From Acidobacteriota bacterium (GTDB taxonomy: Bacteria > Acidobacteriota > Vicinamibacteria > Vicinamibacterales > 2-12-FULL-66-21), in NCBI GenBank assembly GCA_031393955.1, contig JANMWI010000082.1:26064-90063 (forward strand): DNA of 64,000 nt. Direction: 5' to 3'. Shown here piece after piece: positions 57,301 to 64,000 of the stretch. Numbering within the stretch: position 1 is the stretch's first letter; each line of letters begins with the position of its first letter. The notes under the pieces were generated by a model. The model did not search any database, was not told the origin of the DNA, and was given only the letters and a program-made list of their open reading frames with translations. The position numbers and the translations under genes were made by a program.

Positions 57301-57518
57301 TCATCTTCGGGTGCCTGCCGCTGTGGTTTGCGACCGGCGCCGGCGCCGCCTCGCGGCGGATCCTCGGGACGGTGGTGATCAGCGGCATGCTGGCGGCGAC
57401 GCTGCTGGCGATCTTCCTGATCCCGATGCTGTTCGTGCTGGTCGAGCGGCTCGGCGCGGTGCGCCGGTCGCGCGGCGCCGCGGCGGTCGCGACCGCGCCG
57501 GATCCGTCTGCGTCATGA
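54369..57518 (+). CDS. efflux RND transporter permease (AcrB/HAE1-like)
   Basis: ORF 54369..57518 (1049 aa). It begins MSRFFIRRPIVAIVIAIVTVLGG and carries GLVLAIGLVVDDAIVVVE. It has the 12-TM architecture with two large periplasmic loops. Confidence 0.95.
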   Translation: MSRFFIRRPIVAIVIAIVTVLGGLVALAGLPIAQFPQIVPPQISVIGNYPGADSLTIEQSVATPLEQQMNGVDDMLYMQSTNANDGTVSLTVTFDVDTVPNLDQVNVQNRMAQAQPNLPPEVSQFGLTMRKQTGLPMMIISLYSPKRSYDALFLANYANINILDAIYRVPGVGEARIFGAGDYAMRIWLQPDVLARLSLTVPDISNAIRQQSAVNPAGQVGAMPAPAGQEMTYTVRAQGRLQTEEEFGAIAVRSNPDGSVIRLRDVARVQLGALNYQQIGRVNGEPGCAVAVFQAPGSNALEVAAGVEKVMTELGGRFPADLAYAYTLNTTDAVSEGIREILLTLAEAMVLVVFVVYLFLQNWRATLIPAVAVPVSLIGTFAVFPALGFSVNTLSLFGLVLAIGLVVDDAIVVVEAVEHHIEQGMAPREATLRAMEEVSGPVVSIALILATVFLPVAFMSGIQGRLNKQFALTIAISVLISAFNALTLSPALAAMWLRPRTHTRLGGRFFDAFNRTFDRASRGYVRVSHALIRRAVIGVAILAGFALLAGGLGRALPTSFVPEEDYGYFLLNLQLPPAASIQRTDDVARKVEAILAKTPGIHAYNAIIGFSLLTRVTAPNNGFYFVGLNPWKERGAGMDARSIVDRLNARFRAEIPEATVAANMPPSIPGLGSQGGFTFWLQDRSGGSIDFLESNMQKFLAEARTRPELVNVGSPFSAVIPQVFVDVDRDKALKQGIALGDVYQTMQAFLGGLYVNQFNRFGRQWRVFVQAEGQERSTPESIGDFYVRNSAGQMVPLSSLASRRETFGPQYTNRFNVFRAAQITGAAAPGYSSGQALDVLEDVARTTLPATMSYDWSDLSYQERKASGHAGALFGLSVVFVFLILAALYESWTLPFSVLLSVPVAVVGAFAGLMLRRFDFDVYAQIGVVMLIGLAAKNAILIVEFAKARREQGATLVDAALQGARIRLRPILMTSFAFIFGCLPLWFATGAGAASRRILGTVVISGMLAATLLAIFLIPMLFVLVERLGAVRRSRGAAAVATAPDPSAS

Positions 57519-58912
57519 GGCGCCTGGCGATGCGCGGGCGTGGGGCGGTGATGGCGATGGCGTGTGTTGCGGCGGCGGCCTGCCATTCCGGACCGGCCCG
57601 GGCACGGCCCGAGGTGGCGCTGCCGGAGGCGTTTCGCGGCGCGCCGCCGGCGACCGCGGCCAGCCTGGCGGATGTGAAGTGGTGGGAGCTGTTCGAGGAC
57701 GAGGAGCTGCAGGCGCTGCTGCGCACGGCGGTGGCGCAGAACGACGACATCCGGATCGCGGCGGCGCGCGTCGCGCAGGCGCAGGCGGTGGTCGGCATCG
57801 CGCGGGCGAGCCAGTTTCCGTCGCTCGGCGCCGAGGTCCAGGCCGGCGGCCAGCGGACGCCGGCGCTGGGATCGTCGGAGGCGAAGACGGCGGCGGCGGT
57901 CGCGGTCCGCGGCCGCGCCGCGTGGGAGCTCGACTTCTGGGGGCGCTACCGGCGCGAGAGCGAGGCGGCGCGGGCGCGGCTGCTTGGCAGCGAATGGGCG
58001 CAGCGGGAAGTGATGGCGGGGCTGGTCAGCCGCGTCGCCGAGGGCTACTTCGCGCTGCGCGCGCTCGACCTCGAGCTCGATGTCTCGCGGCGGGCGCTGG
58101 CGTCGCGCCGCGAGTCGCTCGATCTGGCGCGCATCCGGGAGCAGGGCGGGGCGACGTCGCTCGTCGATGTGCGCCAGGCGGAGCAGCTGGTTTACTCCGC
58201 GGCGGCGACGATCGTCGATCTCGAGGGGCGCATCGAACAGCAGGAGAACCTGCTGTCGCTGCTGACCGGCGGCATGCCCGGAGTGATTGCGCGCGGCCGG
58301 GCGCTGACGGCGCAGCCGCACACGCCGGAGGTGCCGGCCGGGCTGCCGTCCGACCTGCTGGCGCGGCGGCCCGACATTCAGGCCGCGGAGCAGGACCTGC
58401 GCGCCGCCAATGCGGAGGTCGGCGTGGCGCGGGCGGCGTATTTCCCGTCGATTACGCTGACCGGCAGCGGCGGCGCCCAGAGCACCGCGCTCGGGGCGCT
58501 GTTCAGCGCCGGCGCCGGGGCGTGGTCGGCGGTCGCCGGACTGGCGCAGCCGATCTTCACCGCCGGGCGGACGCGCTCGCAGGTGGCGCTGGCCGAGGCG
58601 CGCCGCGCCGAAGCGGCAGTCGGCTACCAACGGACCGTCAAAGGCGCGTTCCGCGATGTCTCGGATGCGCTGGCCGGCTACCGGACGTCGCGCGGTTTTC
58701 GCGAACAGCAGGAACTGCTGGTGGCGGCGGCGCAGGACGGCCGCCGGCTCGCGGACATCCGCTATCGCGGCGGCGCGACGAGCTACCTCGAGGTGCTCGA
58801 CGCCGAAACGCGGCTGCTCAATGCCGAGCTCGCGCTCGCCAACGCGCGGCTGTCGGAGCTCGATGGATTCGTTGAAGTCTACCGGTCGCTCGGCGGCGGC
58901 TGGCAGCGGTAA
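57515..58912 (+). CDS. efflux transporter outer-membrane factor (NodT family lipoprotein)
   Basis: This is the 3' part of ORF 57311..58912. ATG 57515 overlaps the RND stop (ATGA). The lipobox is MACVAAAAC. Motifs are WWELFEDEELQALL and the C-terminal YLEVLDAETRLLNAELALANARL...YRSLGGGW. Confidence 0.9.
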   Translation: MRRLAMRGRGAVMAMACVAAAACHSGPARARPEVALPEAFRGAPPATAASLADVKWWELFEDEELQALLRTAVAQNDDIRIAAARVAQAQAVVGIARASQFPSLGAEVQAGGQRTPALGSSEAKTAAAVAVRGRAAWELDFWGRYRRESEAARARLLGSEWAQREVMAGLVSRVAEGYFALRALDLELDVSRRALASRRESLDLARIREQGGATSLVDVRQAEQLVYSAAATIVDLEGRIEQQENLLSLLTGGMPGVIARGRALTAQPHTPEVPAGLPSDLLARRPDIQAAEQDLRAANAEVGVARAAYFPSITLTGSGGAQSTALGALFSAGAGAWSAVAGLAQPIFTAGRTRSQVALAEARRAEAAVGYQRTVKGAFRDVSDALAGYRTSRGFREQQELLVAAAQDGRRLADIRYRGGATSYLEVLDAETRLLNAELALANARLSELDGFVEVYRSLGGGWQR

Positions 58913-58937
58913 CCAGTGAAATGTCAGGAGCCAACAG

Positions 58938-59921
58938 ATGACGACAACTTCCTCGCGGCGAACGTTCCTTCGCTCGGCTGGTCTGGCGACCGGCGGGATC
59001 TTCTTCGTGCGTTACGCGGCCGAAGGGCTGCTGGCGAGCGCGACCCTGCCCTCGCCGGGGCAGGGTGCGGCCGCGACCGCGGATCCGCTGGCGGCGGTCC
59101 GGGCGCAGACCGGCGCGCAGCCAATCAAGAGCACGCCGCTCGGCGAGCGCCTGGTGATGCTGTCGGGTCCCGGCGGCAACGTCGTCGTCCTGCGCGGCCC
59201 GGACGGCAAGGTGGTCGTCGACACCTTCGTGCAGCCGGCCTGGCCGCATCTCAAGAGCGCGCTCGAGGCGATTGACGGCCAGCCGGTCAAGACGCTGATC
59301 GACACCCACTGGCACTTCGATCACACCGACAACAACGCGCAGTTCCGCGCCGCCGGCGCGGTCGTACTGGCGCACGAGAACACCAAGACGCGGATGACGC
59401 AGCCGCACGACCTGCTCGGCATGCACATCGAGGCGTCGCCGGCCGCGGCGCTGCCGACGCGGACGTTCAAGACCACCGAGAGCCTGCGCGCCAATGGCGA
59501 AGAGATCGAGTTGGTCTACCTGCCGCCGGCCCACACCGACACCGACATCTTCGTGCACTACCGCAAGGCCAACGTCCTGCACATGGGGGACATCTTCTTC
59601 AACGGCTTCTACCCGTTCATCGACGCCGGCACCGGCGGCACGATCAACGGGATGATCGACGGCGCCGGCAAGGCGCTGGGGATGACCAACCGGACGACCA
59701 AGATCGTGCCCGGCCACGGGCCGCTCGCCGACCGCACCGCGCTCGAGACCTACCGGAAGGTACTCACGACGGTTCGTGACCGGGTGCGCGATCTCAAGCG
59801 CAGCGGCAAGACGCTCGAACAGGTGCAGGCGGCCAAGCCGTCGGCCGAGTTCGACGCGGCCTGGGGCAAGGGGCTGATGTCGCCGGACGCATTCGTCGGC
59901 GTTGTTTACGCGACGGTTTAA
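58938..59921 (+). CDS. MBL-fold metallo-hydrolase with twin-arginine signal
   Basis: ORF 58938..59921 with an AGGAG SD. The TAT motif is TSSRRTFLRSAG. The metal motif is IDTHWHFDHTDNN, and a later motif is PGHGP. Confidence 0.85.
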   Translation: MTTTSSRRTFLRSAGLATGGIFFVRYAAEGLLASATLPSPGQGAAATADPLAAVRAQTGAQPIKSTPLGERLVMLSGPGGNVVVLRGPDGKVVVDTFVQPAWPHLKSALEAIDGQPVKTLIDTHWHFDHTDNNAQFRAAGAVVLAHENTKTRMTQPHDLLGMHIEASPAAALPTRTFKTTESLRANGEEIELVYLPPAHTDTDIFVHYRKANVLHMGDIFFNGFYPFIDAGTGGTINGMIDGAGKALGMTNRTTKIVPGHGPLADRTALETYRKVLTTVRDRVRDLKRSGKTLEQVQAAKPSAEFDAAWGKGLMSPDAFVGVVYATV

Positions 59922-59940
59922 GGCGGGAACGAAGGGTCAC

Positions 59941-60044
59941 GTGCCTAGGTGCCAGGGTGCCACGGTGCCACGGTGCCACGGTGCCACGGTGCCAAGGGGG
60001 CCATGGTGCCGGGTGCCAAGGGGGCCATGGTGCCACGTGCCGGG
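59941..60044. repeat. tandem 7-9 bp GTGCC-unit array (GGTGCCAC consensus)
   Basis: The units read gtgcctag gtgccagg gtgccacg x4 gtgccaag ggggccatg gtgccgg gtgccaag ggggccatg gtgccac gtgccggg. Together they fill almost the whole gap between the MBL stop (59921) and the convergent stop at 60048. Confidence 0.9.
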
Positions 60045-60047
60045 ATG

Positions 60048-61286
<1,239 letters not shown>

Positions 61287-61296
61287 CGCTCACTCA

Positions 61297-61380
61297 TTGG
61301 CACCCTGGCACTCTGGCACCCTTGGCACCCTTGGCACCTTGGCACCTTGGCACCTTGGCACTCTTGGCCCCCCGGCACTT
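61297..61380. repeat. tandem 8-9 bp TGGCACC-unit array (reverse complement of the 59941-60044 units)
   Basis: The units read ttggcaccc tggcactc tggcaccct tggcaccct tggcacct x3 tggcactct tggcccccc ggcactttt. GGCAC starts fall at 61299, 61307, 61315, 61324, 61333, 61341, 61349, 61357 and 61374. The array fills the 94-nt gap between ATG 61286 and the upstream stop at 61381. Confidence 0.9.
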
Positions 61381-61821
61381 TTAACTCCCACACCCCGCGG
61401 ATCGGAACCGCACCGACCAGACGTCCATCACCGGAATCGGCTCGGGCGGCGCCGGCCGCGCGCTCCCGGCGCCGGCGACCGGATTACCGCCGCCGATCGT
61501 GATCCGGCGGCCGATCTTCACGCCGGGCTCGAGCAGCGCCGATTTCCGGACCAGTCCGGTGACGTCGACGAGATGGTGATTCTCACGCTTGACGTCGTCC
61601 ATTACGTCCCGCTTGCCGGCGAGGCGGAACGACTTGGCGCGCACCGGTGGGCCGCTCTCGGTGTCGGGCCGGCGGACGTCCGACACCGCCAGCACGCGGC
61701 CGGCGAGGCAGCCGGTGATGGTCAGCTGGACGGAGTCCTTCGGCACCTTCGGCTGGTCGCGGGGCGTGTCCTGCGGCGGGGCGGCACCGAGCAGGACGAG
61801 GAGCAACAGGGATGCGGTCAT
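61381..61821 (-). CDS. hypothetical secreted protein
   Basis: ORF 61381..61821 with a short hydrophobic N-terminus (MTASLLLLVLLGAAPP). I recognised no family. It is co-directional with the enolase-superfamily gene. Confidence 0.45.
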   Translation of the reverse strand: MTASLLLLVLLGAAPPQDTPRDQPKVPKDSVQLTITGCLAGRVLAVSDVRRPDTESGPPVRAKSFRLAGKRDVMDDVKRENHHLVDVTGLVRKSALLEPGVKIGRRITIGGGNPVAGAGSARPAPPEPIPVMDVWSVRFRSAGCGS

Positions 61822-61925
61822 GGCGATGATCCTTCGGAAACGGCAGGCGATCTGACGATACCACGGCCCTCCGCGCCGCGACGCTGGCGTAGAATGTCGG
61901 GATTCCAGAACTGCCGAGGACTCTC

Positions 61926-64000
61926 ATGAACCCGACCCTCCTGCGCACCTTCGCGTGTTGTGGTGCGGCGCTGCTCGCGGCGTCGACCGCTGCCGCCCAG
62001 ACCGACGCCCGCATGTTCCGCTACCCGGCGGTGTCGAAGAGCCAGATTGCGTTCGTCTATGCCGGCGACATCTGGGTCGCGCCGAAGGCCGGCGGCGGTG
62101 CCGTCAGGCTGACGTCGTCTCCCGGTGAAGAGCTGTTTCCGAGGTTTTCCCCCGACGGGACGAAGATCGCCTACAGCGCGTCGTACGACGGCAACGTCGA
62201 CGTCTTCGTCGTGCCGGCGGCCGGCGGCGAGCCGACGCGGCTGACGCACCATCCGATGAGCGACCGCGTCATCGGCTGGACGCCGGATGGCCAGCGGGTC
62301 CTCTTTGCGTCGGCGCGCGAGAGCGGCCGCCAGCGCTTCAACCAGTTCTACACCGTCGGCCTCCAGGGGGGCCTGCCCGAGAAGCTGCCGGTGCCGTATG
62401 GCGAGTTCGGCGCCTATTCACCGGACGGGACGACGTTCGTCTACATGCCGATGTCGCAGGACTTCCGCAACTGGAAGCGCTACCGGGGCGGGTGGGCCCC
62501 CGACCTGATGCTGTTCGACCTCAAGACCTTCGCCACGAAGAACATCACCTCGAATCCCGCCAACGATGCCCAGCCGATGTGGCACGGCAGCACGATCTAT
62601 TTCCTGTCCGATCGCGGGGCGAGCGAGCGCAACAACATCTGGGCCTACGACGCCGGCAGTGGCGCGGTCCGGCAGGTCACCCAGTTCGACGACTTCGACA
62701 TCACGTTTCCATCGGCCGGCCCGGACGACATCGTCTTCCAGGCGGGAGGCCGCCTCTACGTGCTCGACCTCGCGACCGAGAAATCGAGCGAAGTCGCCAT
62801 CCGCGTGGTCAGCGACGAAACCACGCGGCGGCCGCGGTCGGCAAAGGTCGAATCGCTGATCGCAAGTGCGGCGGTGTCGCCGACCGGCAAGCGGGCGGTA
62901 TTCGAGGCGCGCGGCGACGTCTTCACACTGCCGGCCGAGTTCGGCGCGGTCGTCAACCTGACGCGTTCGTCGGGCGTCGCCGAGCGCTACCCGCGCTGGT
63001 CGCCGGACGGTAAGCAGGTCGCGTACTGGAGCGACCGCAGCGGCGAGTACGAGCTGACCCTCGCTCCGGCCGACGCCGCGGGCGCGGAGAAGAAGCTCAC
63101 CTTGCTCGGCGCGGGCTTCCGCTACGCGCCGCAGTGGTCGCCCGACAGCCGCCGGCTCGCCTACATCGACCAGGCGATGCGGATCCGGATCACGGCGGCA
63201 GACGGCGGCAGGACCGTGGAGATCGATCAGAGTCCCGAATGGATCTCCCACGGCGGCCTCGAGACCTTCCGGCCGCAGTGGTCGCCGGATTCGCGCTGGC
63301 TGACCTACGCGCGCCCGACTGTCGCCGGGAACACGGCGATCTTTCTCTACGACACGAAGTCGTCGACGCTGACCCAGGCCACGACCGGCTACCTTGCCGA
63401 CGCCCAGCCGGTGTTCGACCAGGAGGGGAAGTATCTCTTCTACGCCTCGGACCGGGAGTTCGACCCGGTCTACGGCAGCTTCGACAACAGCTGGACCTAT
63501 CCCAACCCGACCCGTCTCGTCGCCGTGCCGCTGCGCAAGGACGTGAAATCCCCGCTGGCAACGCGGAACGAATCCGAGAATCCGCTTCTCGATACCGAGG
63601 ACAAGGACAAGGACAAGGGCAAGGACAAGGACAAAGGGCGGCCCACCGCCGATGACTCGAACCAGGCGTCAGGCAAGACCGCGTTGGCGACACCCAAGGC
63701 GGACGCGGCGGTCGAGGGGCGGCCGCCGGCGCCAGCGAACGTCGACATCGATCTCGAGGGCTTCGAGAGTCGCGCCGTCGTGCTGCCGCCGAAAGCCGGC
63801 AACTATGCCGACCTGCAGTCCATCAAGAACAAGCTGATCTACCGCCGCCTGCCGCGGTCCGGCTCGAGCGACGACAAGAAGCCGATCGTGTTCTTCGACT
63901 TCGGCGAGCGCGAAGAGAAGACGGTGCTCGAGGATGCGGACGGCTTCGAGGTGACGTTCGACGGCAAGAAGCTGCTGGCCGTCAGCAAGGACAAGTACGC
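61926..64000 (+). CDS. tricorn protease homologue (S41-family, beta-propeller N-terminus), 5' part; gene continues past the right edge
   Basis: Absent from the ORF track because it is truncated. Manual translation from ATG 61926 stays open to 64000. It reads MNPTLLRTFACCGAALLAASTAAAQTDARMFRYPAVSKSQIAFVYAGDIWVAPKAGGGAVRLTSSPGEELFPRFSPDGTKIAYSASYDGNVDVFVVPAAGGEPTRLTHHP..., with repeated WSPDG/WSPDS propeller motifs. Confidence 0.85.
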   Translation, partial: MNPTLLRTFACCGAALLAASTAAAQTDARMFRYPAVSKSQIAFVYAGDIWVAPKAGGGAVRLTSSPGEELFPRFSPDGTKIAYSASYDGNVDVFVVPAAGGEPTRLTHHPMSDRVIGWTPDGQRVLFASARESGRQRFNQFYTVGLQGGLPEKLPVPYGEFGAYSPDGTTFVYMPMSQDFRNWKRYRGGWAPDLMLFDLKTFATKNITSNPANDAQPMWHGSTIYFLSDRGASERNNIWAYDAGSGAVRQVTQFDDFDITFPSAGPDDIVFQAGGRLYVLDLATEKSSEVAIRVVSDETTRRPRSAKVESLIASAAVSPTGKRAVFEARGDVFTLPAEFGAVVNLTRSSGVAERYPRWSPDGKQVAYWSDRSGEYELTLAPADAAGAEKKLTLLGAGFRYAPQWSPDSRRLAYIDQAMRIRITAADGGRTVEIDQSPEWISHGGLETFRPQWSPDSRWLTYARPTVAGNTAIFLYDTKSSTLTQATTGYLADAQPVFDQEGKYLFYASDREFDPVYGSFDNSWTYPNPTRLVAVPLRKDVKSPLATRNESENPLLDTEDKDKDKGKDKDKGRPTADDSNQASGKTALATPKADAAVEGRPPAPANVDIDLEGFESRAVVLPPKAGNYADLQSIKNKLIYRRLPRSGSSDDKKPIVFFDFGEREEKTVLEDADGFEVTFDGKKLLAVSKDKY
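63600..63635 (+). repeat. in-frame hexanucleotide (GACAAG)n repeat encoding DKDKDKGKDKDK
   Basis: The codons are gac aag gac aag gac aag ggc aag gac aag gac aaa, in frame with the tricorn homologue, inside a low-complexity linker. Confidence 0.8.

Noticed and set aside
59941-60044. The tandem repeat array considered as a CRISPR array.
   Set aside because: Units are only 7-9 bp and directly abut each other with no spacers. No cas genes are in the window.
61297-61380. TGGCAC repeats considered as stacked sigma-54 (-24/-12) promoters.
   Set aside because: With 8- or 9-nt periodicity, the position where the -12 GC (TGGCAC-N5-TTGC) should fall reads CC or AC. In addition, the TGGCAC reading direction points away from the bracketed gene on both sides.
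63134-63693. Alternative-frame ORFs containing GQGQGQ or CPCPCP runs (63134..63655 plus strand, 63190..63693 minus strand).
   Set aside because: They are by-products of the in-frame GACAAG repeat of the tricorn homologue read in other frames.

Overview
This is a high-GC bacterial chromosomal segment (roughly 70% GC by eye, not computed). I could support about 55 protein-coding genes. Gene content points to an Acidobacteriota- or Gemmatimonadota-like soil bacterium: a TonB-dependent receptor with a carboxypeptidase-regulatory-like N-terminus, a tricorn-protease homologue, and TAT-signal Gfo/Idh/MocA oxidoreductases. That placement is inference from protein families only. I recognised no rRNA, tRNA, CRISPR array, transposase, integrase or phage gene, so this is mostly ordinary chromosome rather than an obvious mobile island. 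From left to right the window holds: (1) a TonB receptor; (2) a stress-type cluster with two universal stress proteins, pcm, MgtC, a degenerate HAD protein, an L,D-transpeptidase, an APH/P-loop fusion, a frameshifted GGDEF gene and a PNPOx-fold protein; (3) a translationally coupled three-gene phosphorelay plus a separate 1360-aa hybrid kinase; (4) sugar-oxidoreductase and glycosidase genes; (5) two Na+/H+ antiporters and a TMEM175-type channel; (6) a protealysin-like M4 protease; (7) a Gfo/GMC/VOC/phosphodiesterase cluster; (8) a peroxiredoxin-DsbA pair; (9) an RND efflux operon followed by a TAT-exported MBL hydrolase; (10) a glucarate-dehydratase-like gene; and (11) the 5' part of a tricorn protease gene. 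The most unusual signal is non-coding. Two inverted arrays of an 8-9 bp GGTGCCA/TGGCACC tandem repeat fill both intergenic gaps around the glucarate-dehydratase-like gene. Other points worth a second look are: a ~40-nt AT-rich module present twice in opposite orientation; a C9 tract at the 5' end of an FGE-like lipoprotein gene; two apparent frameshifts (a GGDEF gene and an SLT-like gene); two gene relics; a secreted protein made of three tandem RidA domains; and a probable leaderless gene. All family assignments come from reading motifs in the translations. No database search was run.
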